A stretch of DNA of 64,000 bases, from positions 37,698,001 through 37,762,000 of the forward strand of contig NC_087436.1 in the NCBI RefSeq assembly GCF_036321535.1, read 5' to 3'. Under the pieces are notes generated by a model. It was not told the DNA's origin and searched no databases. It saw nothing but the letters and a program-made list of their open reading frames with translations. Position numbers and translations under genes: made by a program. Within the stretch, counting starts at the first letter, position 1, and every line of letters begins with the position of its first letter. Origin of the DNA: Camelus dromedarius (Eukaryota). Below are positions 24,321 through 38,400 of this stretch, piece after piece.

Positions 24321-27300
24321 TTTTTTTTTTTTTTTTTTTTTTAAGCAGCATGGAGCCCTGAGCTGAAAGAGCTCAGTTTTGTAGACCATCTCAAGGCTGT
24401 TCTGATTCCACACTGAGCTACCCCAGACACCCAGCCACTGCTTTCCCCAGCATCCCTCACATGCACCTGAATGTGCCGTAGAAGACTGGGGGAGACCAGT
24501 GAGGACACTATTACAATATGTGCAAAAGATTTTTATTTATAACCAACACTCTTTGTAATTGCTTAGTTCTTCTAAGGAAACAGTGTGGGAATAGAATTGG
24601 TGTTGGTGAAAAAACAAATCTGTGTACAGCCCCCATACACTCACAGAAATAATAAATTTCGAATAATGAGTCAGATAGCTTACATGTCACCCTTTGGCAG
24701 CCCAGTAAAACTGGCAGAGGCTCTGGTTTCTGAATCTGTTTCTATGAAGTCTCCTGGAGCAGTCCTAAGAGTCACCACTAGGGGTGATGGAGAGGCAAGT
24801 GCGCAGGGCCCTGGACCTACCTGATCCACAGCGAAGCTTCCCTGCCTTTGGGTGTGGAGATTAGAGCTCCATTTAAGAGTTCATTTGACCAAAGTTGTGC
24901 CCTGTTTTAAAAGCTTAGAAAGCAGTGGCCTGTAGAATAGTGCACAAATCCTTATTATGGCTTCCAAGACAACTCACAACCAAACAGGTCTTCCTCCAGC
25001 ACCCTCCACTGCCAAGTCAGCGGCGTCCTTCCCGGCCTCATAGAGAGCTGCCCTCAGAGAAGTCTCCCCCCAGGCACTTGCTCGTTTCCCCTTCTGTGCT
25101 CCCAACCACCCCTGCTGCATACATTTACCACCATCATGCTAGTAACACTGTTCTATAAGCTACTGGTTTATGTGCTTGTCTGCTTGCTCCTAGAGAGTGG
25201 TACCCTAGTTATGTTTATACCTCCGGCATGCAGCACAGTAACTCTGTGAGTTTGACCAAACTACTCAACCTCTGTGAATTTCAGATTCTCCCAGAGTAAG
25301 CATTCCACACACTACCCGGTGCCTTCCAGACCCTCTGAGATGGCTTGCCATCTCTGTTTCGCCATCTTCATTTTACTATCTCACCATGACCTCCAAACCT
25401 CATGTCAGCCCAGATGGAAACCCAGATGTGAAATTCAGAACCTTTCAGAGGATCCACAAGTAATCTCATCCCTGCAGCAAGTTTCTCATGGTTTGTACAG
25501 GCTGTCCTGAAGATTGTGGGGTAGTGAGGATTGCATCTGTAACTCCCCGCTGCAGGTTCCTATCTAGTGTTTGTGCACCCTGCCTTGCCCTCTGCTACAA
25601 CTCTGTCTTGTTATTTTTATTTTTACTTTCTCTTCCTCCTTTTTACACTTAGTGTTCAGTCTCTGACCTTTACTCCAACTTCCAACTCTCTTCCTCCTGT
25701 CAGCAGCAACAAACCTTTACCCCATTGTCATAAGTATAATGATGGTCACTTATTTTCAAATGCCCTTGAGGTCTTACCCTCTCTCCAAGAGGAGTATCCT
25801 GTCCTCTCCTAGGCAAGGGACAGGCAACCAGGTGATCTGAACCAGGCCAGCTGGCTGCTCCTTTGCCAGAACTTTGACTTCAAGTCAACAGGAGGCAGTG
25901 GTGGCCACCCTGGCCTTGAAGACTGACCATGTTCTACAACTTCCCTGTTTGTTATTCATCTGAGTAACCTAGTATCTCTCCAATCAATTCTTTAAGTCAG
26001 TTAGTTTCTCCAACCTACAAAAGAATCTTAATCACAAATGTGGAGTTAAAGCTCAGAGTTTATGTCAAGGATTTTGTGAGGAATTTACATACATATACAT
26101 ATACATATTTTTATTATATCTTTTAAAATGGAAAGTAGAACTGATGGTAGCCTTATAATAACATAATCAAATCCAATATAATCAGAGGAGTTAAACAATT
26201 CAAATGTTATTTTTGCCAGTCTTACAAAATATTACCTTGGATCACTGCACAGTACATTTTAATATACATTAAAGTGGAAAATACTATAATAAAATATAAG
26301 ATATCATTATTCATTTGAATTTCCTCTGAAATCTGACAAAGCCCCTTAAGAAGGTATTTAAATGAAGCAACTTTGGGAAAAGTTGCAATGAAATAAAACC
26401 ACCAAAGCCCATGTCTAATTTCCTGATTTCTTTCAATGAAGTGCCTGCTTGCATATAACTGATAATTTACATTTTAATAGGTTGTTAATAAATAAATCAT
26501 AGGAAATGGAATTCCTTTGTGGAAGAGCTATACCAGATGAGTTCTGCTTTAAAAAATCAGGTGGTGTTTCTTTCCAGCCAAGTTAAATCCTAGCTTGACA
26601 AATTTCAGCTTATTCTGCAGCAAGATGTTGCTTCAAATACAAAGTAGTTCCTCAATGAGAAGTTAAGGTAAAATTCCCGATGGCTTCAAAATTTTCTGTG
26701 AATCAGTACATCTTTGGACAATTGGTCAAGTCTACACATATCCTAACTCTCATCTTCATCAATGATCTATTTTGGATGTTACATTCTAATACAATGTCAC
26801 GTACTGGAAATTTCTTTTGTTTGCACCAAACTGTAGTGTGTGTGGCGTGATAGGTGATACAAAAGAAAGAGAGGCCAGTTCTGTTCTTTCTATTGTCTAA
26901 AGAAAATTATTCTAGCAGCTGTGGGGAGAATGCGTTGAAGCTGGGGGGAGATTGAAGCTCCTTTTAATTTCCAACCTATTCCTTAGTCTTTCAAGGTCTC
27001 TAGAAGTATCATCTACCTTCTATAAATCACAGGCAGCAATCAAAATTTGGCAATTTAAATTGAGCAAAATATAATATTTAAGTATTCTAGTAAAATTTTG
27101 TAAATTTTTTAATCAAAATATATCATTGTATATTATTATTACATAAAATTACGTGTATTATTATACATATAATGTAATATTATGTATTAATATTTCAATA
27201 ATCAGCAAAATGTAGACCCATTTTTCCCAAAAAGACAACTAGCCTTTTATTTACTTTATATTATTCCTAATTTAATAAGGCTCCAACACTATGACAGAAG

Positions 27301-28399
27301 TCTATATTTACTATTAAGCATTAAAGTTAATCCTAGGGCACAGATTCATTACCAAAAAAATTTACAAAGTTAAAATGAATTTTTTTAAATATAGGGAAGT
27401 AGAGAGCCAATGTTTCTGACATAAATTCATGTTATAATCATAAATTTAATTATTTTCCAATTTTATCATGTTTTTCAGAAGAAATTACCACTACCAATAT
27501 TTGGCAAACTTTTAATTTACCTTGGAACATTAATTCTAATTCTTGCTTCATTACCAAATAATTTAGCGTCTATCTCCTGTGCCCTCTACCTATTGCTTTC
27601 CAGTAAAATGAAAAAATTGTCAAGTTAAAAATAAGGATTTTTTACCAATAGAAGTAATTGAGAGCTTTTATCTTAAGTCCTGCAAGAAATTTTGTTTTAT
27701 CAAATAAGAATGTAATAAGTGAGCAAATTTTGTAGAAAATTTTGTAGAAAGAGCAAAGGATTTGGAGGCAGGTAAGGATTTCGCTCCTGATTGCCTCAGG
27801 TATGAACATGAGCAAGTGTGTGTAATGTTAATGACCCTCAGTTCTCATAACTGAAAAGGGACAAGAAAGTAATCTAAGATTTTTTTTAAATTAAATCATA
27901 TCAAATATGTGAAGTTTGGCACTTGGGTGGTGATCAACATATGTCAACTCCCTTTGCTTACTGTGTTGGTTAAAGAGATTTCTCTTGGGTAACATTTCCC
28001 AGAGTGTGCTTGGTAGGAGGAAAACAGGAGCTGTGCAGGGAAGGATTTCCTGTCCTTGTAACTGCAGGAAACACTTTGTCCAACCCAGCTTTTACTGTAC
28101 GACCTTTCACATCTTTTCATGTGAAGCTTGCAAGTAACAAGCCTCACATTGTGAACTGTTCTCACCTTGGGAAGATTTTAAGGCATGTTGAGAAAGAGAA
28201 CGTAAATAGAATTAACCAAAAACCAGAAGTCCATCCAAAGATTAACCTCTGCAAGACAGAGGCATAAAAAGTGATTATTCTATGTTAAGTTCAGATATAT
28301 TATGCTTATTAAAAGAGTAGACCAAACAGAAAAAGGGTTATCTTGTCACATATCACTCAAAGACACAGGGTTAACTTCAGTGGATGGGACAGGCTAGAA

Positions 28400-28710
28400 G
28401 TACAGAGAAGGAAGGACACCCTGAGAGTCGGTGTTACAGATCCCGATGAGGAAGACGCAGCTGTGGATGATGGGAGGAATGGGTGTGATGTGTAATCATT
28501 TTGCAAGCATGAAAGTGCCTGTCCAAGATGGCAAGGATGATAGAATGAAAAGAATAACTCAGAATATTTAATAGCTTTCTTGATTTGCTGAATTAACAAG
28601 CCCTGGAGCCTCCCTACCTCTGAAACACTAGTTATGTGCAACAATAAAGTTTCCATGTTGACCAAGTCACTTTGAATAAAAGCCAAATGCATGTCTTCTC
28701 AGCAACATGG
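28400..28710 (+). mobile_element. Old MLT1-like LTR fragment
   Basis: 'agccctggagcctccctacctctgaaacactagttatgtgcaacaataaa' resembles MLT1 3' ends. Confidence 0.4.
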
Positions 28711-30299
28711 TAGCAGCTAATGTGCACATATCTGAGGCAGGCTTGGCTATTTGCTAGAGTAATATATCCGTACCTATTTTCAGTGCTTACTTCTGCCAGC
28801 CTCGGTCTATGATGTCATTCTGAGCAATCACTTGGCAATTTTGAAGTGACCTGCCTATTGTTAGGCTACACCTAAGTCCCTTTGGTGTCTGACAGAGCAA
28901 AGTAGAACACAAAGGCATGTATGAGAAAAAAAATCTGGACATCTAACCAGCTGTAAATCAAATAATAAATAGACTCATTCTTCAGTTTTATAAAGCTATT
29001 CTTTGAACTTAAAAATTCTGCCTAAATTTGAGTATCTTTCTTTATATATAATAGATGTGTTTCAGGATGTTGACTGTGTTTTGCAGCTAATGCTGGTGAT
29101 TTATTTGTTGTCTTACATGATAAAATTAAAGGCATATTTCTAACCAAGAACTCCAAGTAGAAGTGAATTTTAAAACTTCCAGCAAAAAGAGACTGATTAT
29201 CAGGTTTGAAATTGTGCTTGCTGTTGGACTTACTAGAAGTTGCTCACAGTCCTTTAAAAACTTGCAGAATTTCTCACGTGGTAGATTTTAATTCTACCAT
29301 CGCTACCAATTTTCAGTGATTCCAAGGTTATGGAACTTCTCACATTCCCCAAATTCTTTTGACCGTATGTTTGTGATTTCCAAATTTAACGTTTTTTCTC
29401 TTTGGATTGGGTATATACTACACAAATGGGGATCCTGTGGTGAATTCAGATGAAAAGAATGAAGAGTAAGAGTCTAGAACTCTGTCTTGCCTGAACTCGT
29501 CTCTGAGCCTAGACCCAGTGCTGGGACAAGACTCTTTCATCTTTGGCACAAAGGGAACGAGCTAGACCCAATATTTCTAAAAGTTTTCCACCGAAGGACG
29601 TGGAATGAACGTGTTTGAAATATAGACAGTTTTGGAAGATTTCCATCATAGATAAAAAAAAAAAAATTTCAGGCTAATTGTGCCGTCTAAGTCACAGTAT
29701 TTATTTGTTTTCATATATAAAGTTTGAATAAAACTGAGATGTCAGACAAATGTGACATGCATGCTCTGTAACTGCTGATAGTCTAGACATAGCATATTTC
29801 CCCAGGAAGATGCATTCTGTAGTTTTAAAACCTAACAAAACAGTTTCTTCCTATATTCAAGTCTTGAGAATCGGTTTCTAACGATGTTAGACTGCAGTAT
29901 CATTCATCGTCAGTAGGTGCCACCACGTAACATAATTACTAGACTGAAAATTCCTTAGTTCAATGTCCATCAACTAATTAGTATATTTTAAAGTTAGTGT
30001 AATAAATGTAGAAGATGCAGAAAGTAATTTTATTTAAAACTGGGAATCTAGAAAAAAATTAAATTCTGTAGATGAACGCTCTACAAAACCAGTGGAGGAA
30101 TGGCAGCTTCCTTTGGAAAGGCATCCATTATTTTCCTGGGGTTTGGGAGAGCAAACTTACTCTTATGATTGAATATGTTCCTGTTCTGCCTTGCAAAATT
30201 TTAAAATAAAAATATGTTATTGTTTCTAACTACATTAAAATAACGTTCCTTCTTAAAGAAAAAATAATAATAATAATAACACAATGTCATGGAAATTTA

Positions 30300-30520
30300 T
30301 AGGATTTGGAGTTAGACCTAAATTTGAGTCCATCTCTTCCACTTACTACCTGGACAATCTTAAGTAATTTACTTGGCTTTTTTTTTTTTTTTTTTTTGCC
30401 ACAGAGTCCCTATATCTTAACTGCAGGTTTACATCTCTGACAAGAGTTTTTGGGTGATTGATAATATACATAAATCACCTGGCATATAGTAGGCATTCAA
30501 AAAACAGTTGTTATTAGCAG
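30300..30520 (+). mobile_element. MIR SINE with T-run insertion
   Basis: 'ttggagttagacctaaatttgagtcc...ccacttactacc...cctggcatatagtaggcattcaa'. Confidence 0.6.
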
Positions 30521-31169
30521 TGGTCACATTTCAGCAAAACCTCAGAAACTGCTTTACCACCATGGCATCAACATGGTAGTGCTGAACATTATTAATAGTA
30601 GTAATATTAAAGTTAATTTTAATTCATTCTAATGCAGTGTGAATCTAACATTTAAGAGGTAAGTATATTTCCACATCAACTCAAATTCCACTTAACTTTT
30701 CTATTCTCTAGTTGGAAACTGAAAATATACTTAGATTAGCTAATCTGGTAGCAAAACTTGAGGGTCAGATCAATGGCTATTTAATTCAAAATTCATGAAG
30801 AAATCATACTCAGAGCAACAAGCCTCCACAGCTCTGTGAACAGCTCCTGCTCCTGGGATCCCCACCCCCCCAGCCCCCACAAGCTAGGCTATTGGGCAAT
30901 TGCAGATCAAGGTTCAGGAGTTGAAGGAATAAAGAAAAACAACATTCCTCCTCTGTCTTTCCAGTTGGTCCCCCATAGACTTTCTCAATATGGTTTTGGT
31001 CCTGGTCTGGTAAACAGTTTCAGCCTAGAGTTCCTCACAAAATTTTTCCAAGGTCTGGAGAAACCAGAAAATAAAAACACCTGCAGAGATGACACCCTCA
31101 TATAAGAATGCCTCAGAAATTTCTTAGCAGGCTTGGACCTGATTAAGTGGTGAAGAACCACAGTCCGGG

Positions 31170-31582
31170 CTACTTAAGTAACATAAATTTACTGTCTCAC
31201 AGTTCTGAAGGCTAGGAGTCCAAGATCAAGGTGTTAGCAGGGTTGTTCCTTCGGAGAGCTGTAGGAAAGAATCTTTTCCATGCCTCTCCCCTAGCTTATG
31301 GTGGTTAGCCAGCCATCGCTGGCTTTCTCCACTTATAGAACATTCACTCCATATCTGCCTCCTCTGCACATGGCATTCTCCCTATATGCATATCTGTGTT
31401 CAAATTTCTCCTTTTTATAAGGACACTAGTCATGTTGGAAAAGGGGTTCATCCGACTCCAGTATGAGTTCATCCTAACTTTAATTGTATCTGCAATAATC
31501 CTATTTTTAAATAAAGTCATATTATGAGGTCCTGGGAGTTAGGACTTCAACATATGGATGGGGTTGGGGGGCACAATTCAAG
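31170..31582 (-). mobile_element. MLT1 (MaLR) LTR, MLT1C/D-like
   Basis: 'aaatttactgtctcacagttctgaaggctaggagtccaagatcaaggtg...ttataaggacactagtcat...gggcacaattcaa'. Confidence 0.85.
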
Positions 31583-31615
31583 TGAGTATTCCTTGCTGAC
31601 TTAAAGATACTCTGG

Positions 31616-31985
31616 TGCTATGGTCTATATCTTTGTGTCCCCTCAAAATTCGTACGTTGAAAACCTAATGCCAAAGGTAATGTTATTAGAAGGTGGAGCC
31701 TTTGGGAGGTGATTAGGTCACGAGGGCAGAGCCTTCATGAATGGGATCAGTGCCCTATTAAAGAAGCCTTAGAGAGCCAGCTCACTCCCCTACAGTGTGA
31801 GGGTGAGGACCCAGAAGAAGTAGGCCAAGAAGTTCTGCAACCCAGAAGAGGGCCTTCCCCAGAATCGAAGCACGTTGGCACCCTGGTCTTGGACTTACAG
31901 TCTCCAGAACTGTGAGGAAGAAATCTTTGCTGTCTATAAGCCACTCAGTTTGTGGTATTTTAGCAGCTCAGATGGACTCAGACAT
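31616..31985 (+). mobile_element. MLT1A-like solo LTR
   Basis: Starts 'tgctatggtctatatctttgtgtcccctcaaaattc' and ends 'cagatggactcagaca' (TG...CA termini). Confidence 0.85.
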
Positions 31986-34979
31986 CCTGTGAGCACACAG
32001 CTTCTGAGCAAGCCTCCAGCTGGACTTGCCTTCCCTTCAGCAGAAGTCCTGTCAGTGGGAAAGCTTGCTCACGTAGCAGCTAGAGGTTCAGGGCAGAGGG
32101 TGCTCTCAGGGGCTCACCTCTCCAGCCCATGTTGGACAGCTGACCAAAACCATATTGAGAAAGTCTATGGTGGACCAACTGGAAAGACAGTGTGATCCTG
32201 ACATTCTGAATTTTATTAGTGCTAAAGACTCCACCCAGAAGTCTTTTCAGGTATCCTTAGAAATGGCTTTAACAACAAATAGTTAAGATCTCAGTGCTTA
32301 AAGTGAGATTTTGAAGTATGAAAAGAAAGCCATATGCATGCGCATGCCTCCACAGGACTCTTGGTCACAAGGTTTGGTTTTTCTTTTCAATAAGGGTTTT
32401 TTTTTTTTTTCCATTCCAGAATCTACTTATTGGAATACCTTGTCTGTTTTTAGCTCATTCTCTTGAAACTTCCCCATCCCCTAGCTAGTGTGTCATTGCT
32501 GTTGGCCGTGGCGGTGGTGGTGGTCTACCTTTGTAGATACTTAGGCTTGTCTAGAGCAAGATTAATAACGATGCCTGGGTTTTGAGAAGCAGTCGACCTG
32601 CGCCATAAACAATGTCATGACTGCCATGACTCAGTACGTGTCTTTCCCCAAACAGAATCACACATAAAATTCCTAAAACTGACCCCCCAAAAGTTGAGGA
32701 CTGTTTAACAATTGAAAATAACCAATGTCAACAATAAGTTTTTCATTTAAGTACAACTGAAATGAAAGCAAAAGGGAAACGCGTTAGCTAACTGAACACA
32801 ATACTACCCAGCAAGACCAAGACGAAACCACCAGTGCTTTGTAATGAAGTGGCGAAGGATCACTGAACTTCTGGCACTGATTGAAGATAAGGAGAAAAGC
32901 TACTTTACAGATGCCAAACATATGGCAAGAATTCTTGTTTGGCAAACTGAAGAGCCAGTGTCAGTGTAGATAATAGACATTCTGAAAAGTCAGCTGTCTT
33001 GCTTTGATGCAATAAACAAATCTCTTAAGGGAATCCCTTCAAAGCAGCAAAAATCATGACAATACAAAGGTGAACTCTGCAAATTTTCTTCACCGTTTGT
33101 ATCATCTCCAGCCTCCAAGGCCTCCATCCTGCAGCTTTCTCCAGGTTCTATCCCATTGGTTTCACAGCACTTTTTATAACACCATTTGGTGTATGAGGGA
33201 GAAACCAATTCATGAGCGATTTCCTCAGACTTTCCTTGTGAAAACAGTCCTGCAATAGTGACTGTCCAGTTTTGAATCTGACCTTTCCTTTGGACTCACT
33301 CACGATAAGAACAGTATCTGAAGGCCAAGCAGCGGGGAATAAACTGTAGGGACCAGGTCCTCCTCTTTGTTGGGAAGCCCGAATACTCACAGATGCCGAG
33401 GACATGAGGGTGCTGAGCACATTGCAAGTGCTTAAAAGAGAATGAGCTGCTTGGCTAAAGTGGGTTAGAGTAAGTCTTTCCCAACCAGCCCATCTGCGAT
33501 TTATGGTTGCCCAGCTCCTCCCCAGAGGCAGAACGTAAAATGGCAACCAACGAAATACTTACGTCCCGGGAAGTGGGCTAATTGGGGCGCCTTTGTGTGT
33601 ACAGTTAAAACAACACTCTGCATTGCTCTTGGCATTTTGCATTTATAGGAGCACGTTTGAGCCACCCACACCACACAAGCAGAGCATCTAACTAGAAAGG
33701 GAACAGACACGTTTTCTCCTGGCGTAACAGAGCCACAGCTAAAGGTGCTGTGGAGCCTCCGTCACACTGATCTCAGCTGGTCTTTATTTCACCATCTGGC
33801 TCCTTTTCTAGGGCGCCCTCAAAGGGGATATCCCTAACTAACCCATCAGGGCCTTCTCTCTCCTACATCAGGCCATGTGGAAGCAACAAAAGAAGTCCAT
33901 TGTGCTGATTTTCTGTGTGAGGCCCCATACCAGGCTTGTTAGCAGAAGCCTCCTCCTTCACCCAGCCTGGCTGGCCTCCCCTTCGCAGTCAGGAGTCTTC
34001 ATTTAAGTCCCTTTTAATGAGAGGAGCTGAGAGTGAACTCAATTGTCCCAACCTTCCTCTTAAAGGAACTGGGCTCCACCCTCCCATCAGAGCGACTTCC
34101 AACAGCATTCCTAACAAGATTCGGTAATGTTTTCCTATGATGCTTATTCTGTGCCTACACATTTTTATTTTTGGAACCAATGGTGTTACTGGTTCACTAA
34201 TTTGACCATATTCCATAGTAGTTCTAAACCCCTTGTCATTTCATTGGGTAAAACCAGTTTACGAAGAGATGTGTGCAGCAGTCAAATAAAGAAGGACAGT
34301 GTGCAAAAGCTCTTCCTGCTTCCAATTATTTCAGTGATTTATTTGGGGCTAAATAAGCCACTTAATCTAGGAGTGTTTAAATAATGCTGAGCAGTGTCTG
34401 AATCTCAGTGGTGGCTCTTTTGATTTAAGATGCATATGGGCTCCCAGACCTGCCTGTGGACATCACCAGGAAGTCTATTCTCAGCTATTCTCTTTGTGCT
34501 TGTTTCCAGCTGACAATGTTCTTTAAATACGGAGTGGCATGTTCAAAGATGAATGTGGCATAAATTTTGCTCTGACTTATGATTGGAACAAATACATGCT
34601 CTCACATTTACCTTTAGGAAATCCTTTTGTCATTGAGTAGAAAATTCAAAACAAACTTGTCTACAGTGTTCACATCCTTCATTTACTCGGTATGACCCAA
34701 GCAGCCTTGCTTGACATTATAATGGACTCTCACCCATGGAGGTCAAATTTATGAAACACTTCCATATTGCACCTTTTGTATGAGATCTTTAGTAAAACTG
34801 GGCAAAACTGGCAATATAGCTCTTTATGGCAGATTGAGAGGTGCCCACATTTCCTCGGGTGTTGTCTTAACTCAGGGGCTTTACCATAATGTTCCATGGA
34901 CTGTCCAACAGCTGTGAATCTGGGCCTTTAGACACTGATTTCCTCACTGTAAGAAATGACATTATTAATGTTTACAGAT

Positions 34980-35135
34980 GGTAGTTCTCAAAGTGTGGCC
35001 CCCACAGCAGCTGCATCAGTAGCAGCCGGGAACTTGTTAGAAATGCAAATTCTCAGGTCAACACCGTAAAAGTTGAATCAGACCCTCCAGAGGGTGTTGT
35101 AACAATCCCTCCCAGGGCCCTGATGTGTGCTGAGC
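34980..35135. mobile_element. MER5A hAT-Charlie MITE
   Basis: 'gtagttctcaaagtgtggcc...gcatcag...gggaacttgttagaaatgcaaattctcagg'. Confidence 0.75.
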
Positions 35136-36468
35136 TTTTTTAGGGGAGATACTTAGCGGACAGTCGATTTTACCTGCACGGTAATTGGACAACACAGAGA
35201 AGAGTCTCTCTTGGGCTGCAGAAAGTCTGAACAAAGCACTGTCTAGAGGACCATAAATAATCTTTTTGAAGCCTTTTGCCTTTACTACAGAAAGGTTGAA
35301 ATTTCAATATTTCTTGTTCTCACCCCAATCTATTTTAACACATTAATCACATTCCCTGAAACCAAGAGCCCGGTGGAAAAGAAGCAGCTGAATAACTGCA
35401 GGCAGCGGCAACACCTCAGATCTGCACAGCAAGCACGGCTCCCACGAATAACCGGCAGGCTGTGTGCCTCTTTTAAATATTTTGAAAATGAGAATCTCTG
35501 TCTATAGGCTATTCCCTTTCTTCCTTACTCAGCTCAATCTCTTATTCAGGATGTTGTTTCGCCCAAGGACTCTAGGCTTCTCCCAATAGGCTTTCTCCTC
35601 AAGCAACATGTTCTTAATCCTCTCAGGTCAACTCTAAATACAGGCACTCTAATCGTCTTTTCTGCTGTTGTTTCTTGACTTGACATGCCAGTAATTTCCT
35701 TTAATCTCTTCCCATTAATCCCCAAGTTCATATGTTGAGCCCTCAGGTCCTCCTGTCATTTTCACCAGTCTTTTTGGTCCTGTGTGGTCATCCCTGTTCA
35801 TTCACCATCTTCTGCCCAAGCCATTATCTGATTAATATCCTTCAATCAGTCCTTTGAGTCCTTTCTCTTTGCCTTTTCCTGGTCTCTATTTAAAATCTGA
35901 CAGCATTCCCTGGCCCTTACAGAGGTAAGCTGAAGAGCTGTCCACAGTGACGGGAGGATCCAAGACAAGATGAGATGGGGATGGTCCCCTGGTGGGCGAA
36001 ACATTTTAGCATAGACTCTGTGGAAGAGGATCAAGGTTGTTGAGTGCAGCAGACCACAGACAGAAGTCAGGTTGGCCAGCGTGGCGCCATATCCCCATCA
36101 TCACTTGTTTTGTTCTGGGCACTCTGAGCATCCTCTGGTTCTATCTCACACACCCTGCTTTGTGTGTCGCTTCCAGTCTTTGGTTTACCCTGTGCCTCTG
36201 TGCAAGTTACAAAAAAGTAGTCCCTCTGAGCAGACACATCCGCAGGGCAGACATTTAACAAAGGGACCCTTCTGGGTGGACGAATACAGACAGGTGGCCT
36301 TTCCCTTACATTTACACAGCCCTCAGGGCTTAGCAAGTGAGAAGGGGCTGGATTTCGAGGTCAACTGCTACCCCACAGCCCAAGCTGGTGCCTTTGTTTT
36401 ACGCTAAAACTGCACAACCTGACCCATGGTGCTGCTTGTCTTTGCCCCAACTTCTTACTGCTCTAAAG

Positions 36469-36645
36469 CAGTGGTTCTCTAAACACAAGTCTTGGACCAT
36501 ATCACATCACCATCACCTAGAAATGTGTTAGAAACACACATTCTCTAACCCTGCTGCAGACCTCCTACCTCCACAGGCAGCAATCTGTGTTTAAACAAGC
36601 CCTCCCCCGGTGATTCTGACACATGCTAAAGTTCAGAAACACTAG
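36469..36645. mobile_element. MER5A hAT-Charlie MITE
   Basis: 'cagtggttctc...gttagaaacacacattctc...aacaagcctcccccggtgattctgacacatgctaaagttcagaaacactag'. Confidence 0.75.
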
Positions 36646-37169
36646 AAGAATACCTGATACACAATAGGCAGTCAATAAATGAATAAATGAACTTTTCCAT
36701 CGAAACTAAACTCAAGCATCCTCCCCTTGAAGACAGTCCCTGCCCGCCTCCATCTCGTCTGGCTATGCCCCGTCTGTGTTCTCACAGAACTCTGTATCCC
36801 TGTGAGACAGGATTCAACTCACTGCAGGAAGTCAGTGGCCTTCTTGGCTCTTTCCATGACTTAAACTGGGGCTCCTTGAGGGTAGAAACTGTGTTTACTG
36901 AGATTCACTTTTGAACCCCTCAGCAAAGAGTGTGGTCCCTGATGGGAACTCAGAGCACATGGAAGGAAGCAAAAGAGAAAGACACAACTAAGAAAACAGA
37001 CAAATAATAAAGCAGTCTTCAGGCTGAGAATTGATACCTCCCCAAAGAGCCCTGGGCTAGAAGTTTTTTCTGTATAAAATTCTAATCAATTCAAAAATGC
37101 ATACTCAAAATGATCTTTCCTATTGTGCCTGAGATAATGTGCTATTTCCATGTGTTCAGCTGTTTTCAC

Positions 37170-37383
37170 ACTTGTAGCCTCCCTGGTGTCTCTTCGTGTG
37201 TCCAAATTTCCCCCTCTTATAAGGACACCAGTCAGACTGGATTAGGGCCCACTCTAACGGTCTCATTTTAACCTAATCACCCTTTAAAGGTCTTAACTTT
37301 AAATACAGTCATGTTCTGAGGTACTGGGCATTAGGGCTTTGACCCATGAATTGGGGTGGGCGGCATAATTCAGCCCAGAACAC
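37170..37383 (-). mobile_element. Partial MLT1 LTR
   Basis: 'tccaaatttccccctcttataaggacaccagtcagactggattagggcccactctaa...ataattcagcccagaaca'. Confidence 0.8.
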
Positions 37384-37609
37384 ATGGGAAAGCAAAGTAA
37401 CATGTGTCCTGTATGTGGGTTGATCTGGGAGCAGGTTCAGCCATTAATCAGGATCTTAGGCAAATGAATGCACTTTCTCAGGTAGATGGATATGCTATTA
37501 GTCTGCCCTCTTTCATTTGATTATCTGTACCCAGACTTAGCTGAATCCATGGATCCCAGCTCAGTCCCAGAAAAGTTCAGGATCTGTCTTCTGACTTTTC
37601 TGGATGTGC

Positions 37610-38045
37610 AAGCTACCATTTTAACCATTCTTAAGTGTTCAACTCAGTACCATCAAATACATTCACTATGTTGTATAACAACCATCACTGTCTGCTTCCA
37701 GAATTTTTCATCATCCCAAACTGTACTCATTAAATAATAACTTCCCATCTGTCCCCAACTCACAGCCTCTGGTAACCTCTATTCTTTTTTTCAGTATGTA
37801 TTAAGTCACTCTTCCTATGTACCTCATAGAGGTGAAATCACAAAATACTTGTCTTTTTGTGTCTGGCTTATTTCACTTAATGTTTTCAAAGTTCATCCTG
37901 CTGTAGCATGTGTCAGAACCTCACCCCTTTTAAAGGCTGAATACTAGTCCATGGTATGTACACGCTACATTTATTCATCCATTTACCTGTTGACAGACAC
38001 TTGGATTGTTTCCACATTTTGGCTATTGTGAATAATGCTATTGTG
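37610..38045 (-). mobile_element. Old L1 (L1MB-like) 3' end fragment
   Basis: 'cattttaaccattcttaagtg...ctggcttatttcacttaa...ttggctattgtgaataatgct'. Confidence 0.85.
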
Positions 38046-38159
38046 CAAGTAAAGCTTTCACTGTTTAGAGTAATTCAATAGTTTCAAACTGCTTTCCATG
38101 AAGTTTCATTTGCTTTCTATATCAGCATTCCATCTGAGGGTTAAAAATACTAGTTTTAC

Positions 38160-38400
38160 TGGTAAAGGAGAATGAGCTAAGGCTTTGGAGTCAGATTAAA
38201 CGTCATTTCTGCCTTCTATTTTCCATGTGAACTTGGGCAAGCAATTTAACTGATTAGGGCCTTAGTTTTTTCATCTGTTAAATGGATCAATGGAATAATT
38301 TCTGTTGCACAGATTGTGGTGAGGATTTATGAGACAGCATATATAAAGCACCTAGTCTAATGTTTGGCAACAAGTAAGACAATGACAACTGGTAACCATG
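38160..38400 (+). mobile_element. MIR SINE
   Basis: 'ggctttggagtcaga...tgtgaacttgggcaagcaatttaac...tcatctgttaaatgg...aaagcacctag'. Confidence 0.8.
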
